DNA of 64,000 nt from Alphaproteobacteria bacterium (GCA_009377375.1 WHUE01000002.1:33350-97349); one strand, 5' to 3'. Positions 27,827-36,689 are shown, counted from the first letter of the stretch. The notes: a model not told the origin generated them from the letters alone. Made by a program: numbers and translations.

Positions 27827-29131
27827 CTACAGGGCGCAGGTGCGGAACCCGGAGAAGATGTCCCTCCGCGTCGGCTCGAAGAAGTTGCGGTAGGTGCCGG
27901 TGACCATGCGGCTCCGCGTCGTCCAGGCACCGCCCCGCAGCACCATGGTCGACCCGAAAAGCGGCTCGGAATACTCTCTGTAATCGTCGGGCGCGAAGCC
28001 GGGGAACGGCCGGAACGTGTCCGACGTCCATTCCCAGGCGTTACCCAGCATCTGCCGGCAGCCCCAGGCGTTGTCCCCCGCCTCGTGCGCCGCCACGCTC
28101 ACGCAGCCCAGCGCGAACCCGTCGAGATTGGCGTGCGCGGCGGTGGGCGCCGCGTCTCCCCACGGGTAGCGCGTCTTGACGAGCGCGCCGTGCGCGCCGG
28201 GGCGCATGGTCGCCGCGAACTCCCACTCCGCCTCGCCCGGCAGGCGCCGGCCGGCCCAACGGCACCAGGCGTCGGCCTCGTACCAGTTGACGTGGATCGC
28301 CGGCTCGTCCTCCTCCAGCGGCATCCACCGGTCGAAGCGGCGCGCCCGCCAGCCGCCGCCGGATTCCGGCTTCCAGTAAACGGGATGCTCCGCCCCGGCC
28401 TGCCCGCGCCAGCGCCAGCCGTCCTCGGACCAGAGGGCGCGGCGCCGGTAGCCGCCGTCCTCGACGAATGCCGCGAATTCGCGGTTGGTCACCGGCGCCC
28501 GCGCCATGCGAAACGGCGCGACGGTCGCCTCATGGGTCCATTTCTCGTTGTCGAACAGGAAAGGCGCATCGGGGGCGGAGCCGAGCGGGAAGACGCCGCC
28601 CGGTATCGCGGCGTCTCCGGAAAGCCCGCCGCGCTCCGGCACATGAGACCCGCCCGACCCGTCCGCGGCGAATTCCGGCGTCGGATAGGCGAGCGTCTGG
28701 CGGGTCCAGAGGAACGCCTCGTCGTGCATGTCCTCGTGAAAGGTGGTGAACTGGTAGAGATAGCTGTCGCGCTCGTCCGCCATGCCGGCCGGCAAACGGT
28801 CGAGCAGGGTGTCCTGGACGCGCTGCATGTAGTCGAGCAGTTCGCCGAGAGGATAGAGCGGGAGGTCCCAGCGCGTCTCGTGCGCGATCGCGATCGAGTC
28901 GTAGAGCGCGTCGCCGCGTTCCAGCAACGGCGCATGGCCATGCTCGCGGCGCAGGATGAAGTGCTCGTGGAACCAGGCGACGTGACCGATCTCCCACAGC
29001 ATCGGATTGACGGCGGCGAGCTTCGGCCCGATAAGCTGATCTTGTGTCAGCCCGGCCAGAAGCTCTAACGTGCGCTGCCGCGCGCTTTCCATCATCGCGG
29101 CCAGCCGGTCTGCAGTTACGGGTGTCGTCAT
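27827..29131 (-). CDS. senA: EgtB-family sulfoxide/selenoxide synthase (DinB_2 plus FGE-sulfatase domains); by gene context selenoneine synthase SenA
   Basis: N-terminal DinB_2 metal-binding domain (WEIGHVAWFHEHF..HEDMHDE) and C-terminal FGE-like domain (NAWEWT..RGGAW). 434 aa. Placed next to a GT-like gene and selD, as in described sen clusters. Confidence 0.75.
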   Translation of the reverse strand: MTTPVTADRLAAMMESARQRTLELLAGLTQDQLIGPKLAAVNPMLWEIGHVAWFHEHFILRREHGHAPLLERGDALYDSIAIAHETRWDLPLYPLGELLDYMQRVQDTLLDRLPAGMADERDSYLYQFTTFHEDMHDEAFLWTRQTLAYPTPEFAADGSGGSHVPERGGLSGDAAIPGGVFPLGSAPDAPFLFDNEKWTHEATVAPFRMARAPVTNREFAAFVEDGGYRRRALWSEDGWRWRGQAGAEHPVYWKPESGGGWRARRFDRWMPLEEDEPAIHVNWYEADAWCRWAGRRLPGEAEWEFAATMRPGAHGALVKTRYPWGDAAPTAAHANLDGFALGCVSVAAHEAGDNAWGCRQMLGNAWEWTSDTFRPFPGFAPDDYREYSEPLFGSTMVLRGGAWTTRSRMVTGTYRNFFEPTRRDIFSGFRTCAL

Positions 29132-29154
29132 GTCCTCGCGCTCTTTGCCGTTCC

Positions 29155-30132
29155 GTGAAGATTAGTCTCGTCACCCCGGCCGGAAAACAGTCGCGCGCCG
29201 GAAATCGCACCACCGCGGTCCGCTGGGCGCGCATCCTGCGCGCCCTCGGCCAGCGCGTCGCGATCTCGGAAGCGGACGAGACCGTCGACGCCGACATGAT
29301 GGTGGCAGTTCATGCCTGGCGCAGCGCACCCTCTATCCGGGCCTTCGCCGAGCGCCATCCCTCACGGCCGCTGGTGGTGCTGCTCGCCGGCACCGACATC
29401 TACCGCTTCCAGCACAGCAATCCGAACGAGACGCTCGCCTCGATGGAGCGGGCGACGGCGCTGGTCTGCCTGCACGATCTCGTCCACCGCGACATCCCGC
29501 GCCGCTTCGCGTCGAAGCTTCGGGTCATCCGCCAGTCGGCGTCGCCGCTGAGCGCGCCGCGGGCGCCGTCGCGGCGCGCCTTCGAAGTCTGCGTCGCGGG
29601 CCATCTGCGCGAGGAGAAGGATTCGCTGCGCGCCGCGCTCGCCGCCCGCCTGGTGCCGGTGGACTCCCGCCTGCGCGTCGTCCATCTCGGCAAGGCGCAC
29701 GACGAGAGCTGGGCGCGCGCCGCGGCGGCGGAGATGGAGCGCAACCGCCGCTACCTCTGGCGCGGCGAGGTGCCCGGCTGGCAGGTGCGCCGCCAGTTCG
29801 CGCGCAGCCACGCCATGGTCATCAGCTCGGTGATGGAGGGCGGCGCGAACGTCGTCTCGGAAGCCGTTGTGGCCGGCCTGCCGGTGGTCGCATCGCATAT
29901 CGCCGGCAATGTGGGCCTGCTGGGCGACGATTATAACGGCTACTTCCCGCCGGGGGATACCGCCGCGCTGGCGGCGCTGCTGCGCCGGGCGGAGACCGAG
30001 CCCGCCTTCCTGCGCGGTCTCGCCGCGCAATGCCGCAGGCTGCAACCCCTGTTCCGGCCCGCGCGCGAGCAGGCCGCCTGGCGCGGCCTCATGGACGAGC
30101 TCGTCGGCGGCGCCTTCAGGGCCGGATGCTGA
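29155..30132 (+). CDS. senB: GT-B fold glycosyltransferase-like protein; by context selenosugar synthase SenB
   Basis: C-terminal GT1/GT4-like nucleotide-sugar binding region (HAMVISSVMEGGANVVSEAVVAGLPVVAS). Start is uncertain: the GTG at 29155 is only 23 bp from the divergent senA start; the ORF track begins at 29044 and overlaps senA. Confidence 0.6.
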   Translation: MKISLVTPAGKQSRAGNRTTAVRWARILRALGQRVAISEADETVDADMMVAVHAWRSAPSIRAFAERHPSRPLVVLLAGTDIYRFQHSNPNETLASMERATALVCLHDLVHRDIPRRFASKLRVIRQSASPLSAPRAPSRRAFEVCVAGHLREEKDSLRAALAARLVPVDSRLRVVHLGKAHDESWARAAAAEMERNRRYLWRGEVPGWQVRRQFARSHAMVISSVMEGGANVVSEAVVAGLPVVASHIAGNVGLLGDDYNGYFPPGDTAALAALLRRAETEPAFLRGLAAQCRRLQPLFRPAREQAAWRGLMDELVGGAFRAGC

Positions 30133-32383
30133 CCGGCTCCAGCCGATCGCTCCGGGGCCGGACGCATCCGATGATGGCCGCGCGGCTGTAGCCCATCGCC
30201 CGCAGCTCCTCGACACATCGCTCCGCCTCCGCCTCGGGCACGCTCGCCAGCAGCCCGCCGGCCGTCTGCGGGTCGAAGATCAGCGGGTAGCGCGGATCGC
30301 CGGCGGCCTCGGCCGGATTGGCGATCGCGCGCCGCAGCCGCAGATTCTGCGGCTGCAGCGAGCTCAGGATGCCGGCGCGCACCGTCTCCTCCGCGCCGTC
30401 GAGAAACGGAATGGCGCCGAGATCGAGCTCCACGTCCACCTCGGAGGCGCGGATCATCTCCACCAGGTGGCCGAGCAGCCCGAACCCGGTGACGTCGGTG
30501 CAGGCATGCGCGCCGTGCGCCATCAGGCATTCGGCGCCCTTGCGGTTCGACTGAACCATGGAGTCCAGCGCCGCCGCGATCCAGCGGCCCTTGGCCTTGT
30601 GGCGCATGTCGGCGGCAAACAGCGTGCCGGTGCCGAGCGGCTTGGTCAGCACCAGACGGTCGCCGGGCGCCATGCCCGCCTTGCGCATGACCCTGGCGCG
30701 GTCGATCAGCCCGTTGATCGCGAAGCCGAGCGTCAGCTCCACGCCTTCGCTGGTGTGCCCGCCGACCAGCGCCGCGCCGGCGTCGCGCAGAACCTCCATC
30801 GCGCCGGTCATCATCTGCGTCAGCGTGTCCTCGATCTTCTCCTCGATGCCGAAGGGGATGGTGGCCACCGCGAGCGCGGTCTGCGGCTCGGCGCCCATGG
30901 CGTATATGTCGCCCAGGCTGTGGTTGGCGGCGATCTTGCCGAACAGGTAGGGGTCGTCGATCATCGTGCGGAAGGAATCGACGGTGTGCACCATCGCCTT
31001 GCCCGGCGGCACCTCCACCACGGCCGCGTCGTCCGGCTCGTGCAGCCCGATCAGAACGTCCGCCCGCGGGACCGGCTCGAGGCCGCCCAGGGCGCGTCCC
31101 AGCACAGTGGCCCCCACCTTGGCGCCGCAGCCGCCGCAGCGCATCGCGATGGCGGAAATCTCCTTGATCGCCTCGGCGCTGGCGAGGCCGCGCGGCAGGG
31201 CGGCCGGCGTCTCCTCGGCCATGTCGGGCAGGTCGTTGTACTTGCGCATGAATCGCCGGTCGATCCAGTCCTTCCACAACCACACCCAGCGTCCCTTGAC
31301 CGACCAGTCCCCGCGCCCGGCGACGGCGTAGCGGTCGCCGGTGGTGACCAGGCTGAGAAACTTCTCCTGCGGACGGAACGGGCGGGGCGCGCGTCCCCGC
31401 AGCGCGCGGTCCAGGTTGCGGGCGAGCGGCTTGCCCTGGCGCACGGCGAACACGCCGGATTTGGGGCGCGGGTGGTTCACCATGGAAGCGACATCCCCCG
31501 CAGCGAACACGTCGGCATGCGAGACCGATTGCAGCGTGTCGGAGACCTTGATGAAGCCGTGCGCGTCCACCTCCAGCCCGGCTTCGCCCGGCCAGGACGG
31601 TGCGCCGGCCGCGGTGACCCAGAGTATCTCGTCGGCCTCGATTCCATCGCCGCTCTCCGTGCGCAGCCGGTTGCCGCTGACCTCGACCACGGGCTCGCCC
31701 GCGTGCACGCTGACGCCGCGCGCCCACAGGACCTGCTCGAAGGCGCGCCGCGCGCGCGCATTGTGGGTCGGCAGGATTTCGGGCGAGTCGCTGAACAGGT
31801 CGAACGCGATGTCGTCGGCGGTGCGGCCGGCCTCGCGGCGCAGCGTCGCCAGCCGATACTGGATGGCGAGCAGGATTTCGACCCCGCCGGCGCCGGCGCC
31901 GACGACGGCGATGCGCATCGGCCCGTCGTGGTGCAGGCTGCGCTCGGCCAGGGCCTCCCAGCGATCGAGAAAGCGGTTGATCGGCTTCACCGGGACGGCG
32001 GCCTCGGTCGCACCGGGTACGTCCGACGTCCGCGGGGCGGAACCTGTATTGATCGATAGCACGTCGTAGGGCACGGGCGGGCGGTTGTCGCAGAGAACGC
32101 GCTTGCCCGCCAGGTCGAGCGCCGTCACCTCGCTGTGATAGAAGCGCGCGCCGGCGAAGCGTGCGAGCGCGCCGAGATCGATATGGGCGTCGTCGAAGCT
32201 GTAATGCCCCGCCACGTAGCCGGGCAGCATGCCCGAATAGGGCGTGTGCACGTCGCGGCAGATCAGCGTGAGCCGGACGCCCGGCACCGGCTTCATGCCG
32301 AAACGTTTGAGAACGGCGACATGGCTGTGCCCGCCGCCGGCGAGAACGAGGTCCTTAACGATGGGAGTATTGTCGTTTTTCAT
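30116..32383 (-). CDS. selD: fusion protein: N-terminal FAD/NAD(P)-binding pyridine nucleotide-disulfide oxidoreductase domain plus C-terminal selenide, water dikinase SelD (SenC role)
   Basis: N-terminus has Rossmann GxGxxG motifs (LVLAGGGHSHVAV.., IAVVGAGAGGVE). The C-terminal half is SelD, with the active-site loop MRCGGCGAKVG (a Cys-type, not Sec-type, enzyme) and the AIR-synthase-like fold. 755 aa. Overlaps the 3' end of senB (convergent). Confidence 0.85.
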   Translation of the reverse strand: MKNDNTPIVKDLVLAGGGHSHVAVLKRFGMKPVPGVRLTLICRDVHTPYSGMLPGYVAGHYSFDDAHIDLGALARFAGARFYHSEVTALDLAGKRVLCDNRPPVPYDVLSINTGSAPRTSDVPGATEAAVPVKPINRFLDRWEALAERSLHHDGPMRIAVVGAGAGGVEILLAIQYRLATLRREAGRTADDIAFDLFSDSPEILPTHNARARRAFEQVLWARGVSVHAGEPVVEVSGNRLRTESGDGIEADEILWVTAAGAPSWPGEAGLEVDAHGFIKVSDTLQSVSHADVFAAGDVASMVNHPRPKSGVFAVRQGKPLARNLDRALRGRAPRPFRPQEKFLSLVTTGDRYAVAGRGDWSVKGRWVWLWKDWIDRRFMRKYNDLPDMAEETPAALPRGLASAEAIKEISAIAMRCGGCGAKVGATVLGRALGGLEPVPRADVLIGLHEPDDAAVVEVPPGKAMVHTVDSFRTMIDDPYLFGKIAANHSLGDIYAMGAEPQTALAVATIPFGIEEKIEDTLTQMMTGAMEVLRDAGAALVGGHTSEGVELTLGFAINGLIDRARVMRKAGMAPGDRLVLTKPLGTGTLFAADMRHKAKGRWIAAALDSMVQSNRKGAECLMAHGAHACTDVTGFGLLGHLVEMIRASEVDVELDLGAIPFLDGAEETVRAGILSSLQPQNLRLRRAIANPAEAAGDPRYPLIFDPQTAGGLLASVPEAEAERCVEELRAMGYSRAAIIGCVRPRSDRLEPVSIRP

Positions 32384-32387
32384 GGCC

Positions 32388-33875
32388 TCAACGGTGTTTC
32401 AGCGTCGTCTGCAGGCGGAGCCGCGCGCGGATGGCGCGGGAGATCGCGTCGACGCATATGTTCAGCATGGCGGTGATCAGGATGAGGAACAGCGCGCGGT
32501 CGAAACGCAAATCGGCAAAGGCACTGTCCACGTAAAAGCCCAGCGTCGCGATTCCGAGTATGCCGAGTATCGCCGTCTCGCGCAGGATCACCTCCCAGCG
32601 GTAGAATAGCAGAGCCATCATCGGCCGGTAGATGCGGGGCGAGACCTCGTATACGTAGCGGTCGATTCCGCGCGACGCATCGGGACGCAGCTTCACGGTC
32701 TCGGTGAACCGGCCGATCAGGTGGCCGATAATGGCCCCGTTGTGCAGCGACAGCGCCACTATGGCCGGCAGCATCGACGGCCCCCAAAGCTGCAGCAGGA
32801 CGAAGGCAAGAATATATTCCGGCGTCGAGCGGACAACGACGAGGAAGACGTGACCGGCCCCCCGCGCCCACCGGCCGAGCAGCAGGGGCGAGACCAGCGG
32901 GAAGAAGAACATCGTGAGCACGCCCGTCGCGACCAGGGCGACCATGGTGAGCTGAATCGTCGCGGCGGCCCCGGGCAGGGCCTGCTCGAAGAGCATCAGA
33001 TGCAGCCAGTCGCCGAGCGCCGCCAGCGTGTCGCCCCCCGGCGCGCGCAGCGGATAAGGAACGATGTCATGGGTGAAGAAGCGGAGCATATTGGCAGCGG
33101 AGACGGTGAGCCCCCAGGGCAGGATCGCCGCCGCCGCGACCAGCCAGACCGGCAGCAGCGGCTTCCGCATCCACAGCCGCATGCTGGCGATGACGACGTA
33201 GAACAGGATCAGCAGCGCCGAGACCTCGGAATAGCGCCCCTGGCTGAACGACGATTCGAGATGGAACCCGAGCGTCGGCAGCCCCACGAATCCGAGCACG
33301 GCGCTCGAGCGCAGCCCGCATTCGAGCCGGTACATCGAATAGGTCCGGAAATGCGCCCACGCATCCGGCAGGCGGGCGAACAGGAAGGTGGAGATGAGTC
33401 CGCTGCCGAGCGGGACGGCGCGCAGCGGAGCGGGGTCCGCCTCCTCGAGTATTTCCGCATAGACCTTGGCGATGATGCCGGCATAGGGGATGCCGATCGC
33501 GAGGATGCCGGTCAGCGGCGACAGGCCGAAGATCTGCAGGAAGATGAGCGCCCAGAACAGCTCGTGGATCGCCCGCACGAAGGCGCAGCCGGTGCGCACG
33601 ATCCGGCTGAAGAACAGCAGCGCGAGACCGAAGCCGAGCACGTTGCCGAACGCGACGCCGAGCAGCGCGAAGGCGAGCGTGTAGGCAAGCGCGCTCCCCA
33701 GATTGTCGGTGGCGTAGAAATCGGGCGTGACGACGCCCGCGAGCAGGCGCACCAGTTCCTGGTACGGATTGACCGTGGTGACGGCCAGATCGGCGAACAG
33801 CGCGCAGACCAGCGCGACCGCGACGAACGCGAGCGTCGTGCGGGCCAGCGGCGAGGCTTCGCGCAGGCTGGCCAT
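32388..33875 (-). CDS. fused tandem PhnE-like ABC transporter permease (two permease modules in one chain)
   Basis: 495 aa with about 12 TM helices and two PhnE-like permease repeats. Its stop lies 4 nt from the senC start and its ATG overlaps the upstream ATPase stop (TGATG). Confidence 0.75.
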   Translation of the reverse strand: MASLREASPLARTTLAFVAVALVCALFADLAVTTVNPYQELVRLLAGVVTPDFYATDNLGSALAYTLAFALLGVAFGNVLGFGLALLFFSRIVRTGCAFVRAIHELFWALIFLQIFGLSPLTGILAIGIPYAGIIAKVYAEILEEADPAPLRAVPLGSGLISTFLFARLPDAWAHFRTYSMYRLECGLRSSAVLGFVGLPTLGFHLESSFSQGRYSEVSALLILFYVVIASMRLWMRKPLLPVWLVAAAAILPWGLTVSAANMLRFFTHDIVPYPLRAPGGDTLAALGDWLHLMLFEQALPGAAATIQLTMVALVATGVLTMFFFPLVSPLLLGRWARGAGHVFLVVVRSTPEYILAFVLLQLWGPSMLPAIVALSLHNGAIIGHLIGRFTETVKLRPDASRGIDRYVYEVSPRIYRPMMALLFYRWEVILRETAILGILGIATLGFYVDSAFADLRFDRALFLILITAMLNICVDAISRAIRARLRLQTTLKHR

Positions 33876-34537
33876 CAGCCGGCCGGTCGGTACAGGTGAT
33901 CGAGGTCGTCCGGTTTCATGCCCGCGGCCGGCTCGTCGAGGACGATCCGCCCGTTCCTCAGCCCGACGAGCCGGTCGGCGAAGGCGATCGCCAGCGCCCG
34001 GTCGTGCATCGCGAGGACGACCGTGCGCTTTTCGCCGTTCATCGTCTCCAGAATCTCGCGCGCCTGGTGTTCGTCCACGGCGGAAACCGGCTCGTCGGCG
34101 ATGAGGATTTCGCCGGGGTGATAGAGCGCGCGGCCGACTGCCGTGCGCTGCTGCTGGCCTCCCGAGAGCTCGCCGACCGCGGCGAACAGCTTGTCCTCGA
34201 GGCGGAGTTGGGAGAGCACGGCCCCGACCTCCCTGACCTCCGCCGGGGCCGGGCGGACGAGATTGCGCAGGTTTCGCCACGTCGAATGCCGGTGCAGCCG
34301 TCCCATATAGACGTTGTGGAAGACGGTCAGCGACTGGACGAGGCCGAGTTCCTGCGGCACCAGCGCCGCACCGTTCCGGCAACGCTCGTAGGCGAGGCGC
34401 AGGAGCGTCGACTTGCCCGCCCCGCTCTCGCCGACGACCGCTACCTTCTCGCCGGGCTCGATCCTGAGCGTGATCCCCTCGAGGATCGCCGTGCCGCCGT
34501 AGCCGGCGGTCTCGTCGCGGAAGTCGATCAGCGCCAT
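33875..34537 (-). CDS. PhnC-like ABC transporter ATP-binding protein
   Basis: Walker A GESGAGKST, signature LSGGQQQR, Walker B LIADEP. Translationally coupled on both sides. Confidence 0.8.
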   Translation of the reverse strand: MALIDFRDETAGYGGTAILEGITLRIEPGEKVAVVGESGAGKSTLLRLAYERCRNGAALVPQELGLVQSLTVFHNVYMGRLHRHSTWRNLRNLVRPAPAEVREVGAVLSQLRLEDKLFAAVGELSGGQQQRTAVGRALYHPGEILIADEPVSAVDEHQAREILETMNGEKRTVVLAMHDRALAIAFADRLVGLRNGRIVLDEPAAGMKPDDLDHLYRPAG

Positions 34538-35424
34538 CAGTCGATCAGGCCGAGCGACCGCGCCGTCTTCCGGATCGGCTCGTAGTCCGAGTTCTCGGCC
34601 GGGATGAAAGCGGAACGGGGGAATGAGTCGAGCAGGTCGGGATCCTTCATCGAAAGCAGCGCAGCCTTTACCCTTTGCGCGAAGCCGTTGCCGTAGCGCT
34701 CGTCCACGTCGCCCCGGATGGTCCACTGATAGTCGGGATAGGGCGGGGTGCGCCAGATCACGCGTACGCGCTTCGGATCGATCTTGCCGTCCTTCAGCTC
34801 CCGCTCCCACACCGCGAAATTGACCGCGCCCACCTGGTACGCCCCGGTCTGGACCAGCGCGAGCGTTCGCGAGTGATCGCCGCTGAAGCCTACCCGGCTG
34901 AAGATTTCCTCCGGCGCCTTGCCGAAGGCTTCGCGGATATGGAACTCGGGCATCAGCCGGCCCGAGGTCGATCCCTTGGAGCCGAAGGTGAAGGTCTTGC
35001 CCGCCATCTCCTTCGGCAAGCTCTTCGATTCGGAGAGCCCGGTGCTCTCATGGGCGATGAAGTAGGTCACGAAGGCGCGATCCTCCGCACCCTGTGCGAG
35101 CGCCCGGGAACCCGGCACCATGGCGCGGGCCCGCACCCCGGAGAGCCCGCCGAACCAGGCGAGCTGAACCTGGCCGTTGCGGAACGCCGTCACCGCCGCG
35201 GCGTAGGACTTGACCGGGATGTAGCGCGTCTCGACGCCGAGCGTCCGCGCGAGGTAGCGCGCGACCTTGTCGAACCGCGTGCGCAGCTGGCTCGCGTCCT
35301 CATCGGGAATGGCCGTGAAGACAAACGGTTCCGCCTGCGCCGCGCCCGCTCCGGGCAGGAGCCCCGACAGCGCCCCGAGGACGGCGTATATCGCCGCGAC
35401 CGAACGAATTCTCATGGTCATCAT
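34537..35424 (-). CDS. PhnD/SsuA-like periplasmic substrate-binding protein (phosphonate/phosphite-type)
   Basis: Signal peptide (MRIRSVAAIYAVLGALSGLLPGAGAAQA), then a PhnD-family fold (FTAIPDED..YIPVKSYAA..FGSKGSTSG). First gene of the SBP-ATPase-permease-senC string. Confidence 0.75.
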   Translation of the reverse strand: MMTMRIRSVAAIYAVLGALSGLLPGAGAAQAEPFVFTAIPDEDASQLRTRFDKVARYLARTLGVETRYIPVKSYAAAVTAFRNGQVQLAWFGGLSGVRARAMVPGSRALAQGAEDRAFVTYFIAHESTGLSESKSLPKEMAGKTFTFGSKGSTSGRLMPEFHIREAFGKAPEEIFSRVGFSGDHSRTLALVQTGAYQVGAVNFAVWERELKDGKIDPKRVRVIWRTPPYPDYQWTIRGDVDERYGNGFAQRVKAALLSMKDPDLLDSFPRSAFIPAENSDYEPIRKTARSLGLID

Positions 35425-36125
35425 GGTGCACCTTTCCTGTCCGACAGCCGGATGTCCCCCGGGCCCGCGCAAAGGCGGCTCGCCGGCGAATTCCTGCAAA
35501 CCGGCACGACGGATGACATCCCGTGACCCGAACGTAGCGCCACAGGAGGAAACCCGCAAAGGGAGGGAGCACAGCCGTGGACGGCGCGGCAGGCGGCTTC
35601 GACGTTTTACGCGAACCCGGCAACCGGGTCATGGCGGCGGTGGGCGCCGCCGCTGCGCCCGCGCCGGCCCTCAGCGTCGTTCGGGCGACGGGCATAGCCG
35701 CATCGGCACCGGCTTCTGGAAGCCGGGAAGGCACACCGGCCGCATCTCGCATTGGGCCGGGGCGGCGGGTATGGCGGCGCCGGTTTCCGTCGCATCCGGG
35801 CCTTCGCCGTCGGCGGCATCGGCAAGCGCGGTGCGGCATTCTTCCGAGATTTCCGTCTCGGAGACGCGGAGCGCTTCGGCGATCGTGGGATCGTAGCGGC
35901 CGTTCTGAGCGGAGGATTCCGGGCCGCCGGCCGCGTATTGCCGAGTTTCGGCGCATCCCCCGACCCGTCGATCAGCCCGGCGCCCGCCATCAGGGCCAGC
36001 GGGAGACAGCCGGCGGTCGTGCCGGCGCACAGCAGCATCGCGAAGATTGCACGGAGGCCGGGCGCGACCGGCGGCGGGTGGCGCACCAGACCGGATGTCG
36101 CGCCCGGCGGCATCTTTCCGCGCCG

Positions 36126-36689
36126 TCAGCGGAGATGGCTGAGCCCGCGCCGTTCCGTCATCTCGCGCCAGATCGCGGCCATGTCGGGCTGCATGAGCCG
36201 CTTCCGGGCCCAGGGGAAGAAGGTCTGTTCCTCCCAGTCCATATGCTGGCGGACCAGCTCTTCGGCACGGATGAGATTGACCGAAAACGTGGCCGGCATG
36301 ATGGGAATGACGCCTCCCATCAGAGCGCACAGCCTCTCCTCGATATCCGTCACCGCGTGCCGTATGAGGTCGTGATTCTGCCCCAGCGTCGTCTGCATGC
36401 GGCGCGCCGTCTCCGTCGCCCCCTGGCGGGCCAGCAGCCGCGGCATCAGGGAGTATTCCTCGTCATCCACGCGGAGCGGCCATTCCTCCTTGAAGAACGA
36501 GAGCACGGAATGGGCGTAGCACTCCCTGCCGCGTTGCCAGAGATCGTCGGCCAGAATGGACATCATCCCCGCCACGATGCGAACTCTCTCCTGCTCCTGA
36601 AGCAGCAGATCTATCGGCTCCCTGCTCGTCGCCGCCGAGCGGCGGGAAGAGGTGCCGTCTTCGAAGCATTCCTGCTGGCCCGAAATCAT
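36126..36689 (-). CDS. hemerythrin-like (HHE cation-binding) domain protein
   Basis: Repeated H-x3-E motifs (HSVLSFFKEE, HAVTDIEE, HMDWEE). 187 aa. Confidence 0.5.
   Translation of the reverse strand: MISGQQECFEDGTSSRRSAATSREPIDLLLQEQERVRIVAGMMSILADDLWQRGRECYAHSVLSFFKEEWPLRVDDEEYSLMPRLLARQGATETARRMQTTLGQNHDLIRHAVTDIEERLCALMGGVIPIMPATFSVNLIRAEELVRQHMDWEEQTFFPWARKRLMQPDMAAIWREMTERRGLSHLR

Noticed and set aside
27827-29131. Whether the EgtB-like gene belongs to an ergothioneine egtBD pair and not to a sen cluster.
   Set aside because: No EgtD-type methyltransferase is adjacent; the only MTase nearby (17570..18496) is a Zn-ribbon class I enzyme with no EgtD features. The flanking GT-like and SelD genes favour the selenoneine interpretation. 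An ergothioneine role cannot be fully excluded without profile searches.
35577-36125. A possible small gene between the SBP gene and the hemerythrin-like gene (minus-strand ORF 35607..36113 begins with a signal/lipobox-like MLLCAGTTAGC...).
   Set aside because: After the first about 35 residues the translation becomes Arg/Pro-rich and looks non-coding. All overlapping frames are similarly poor. Left unannotated.
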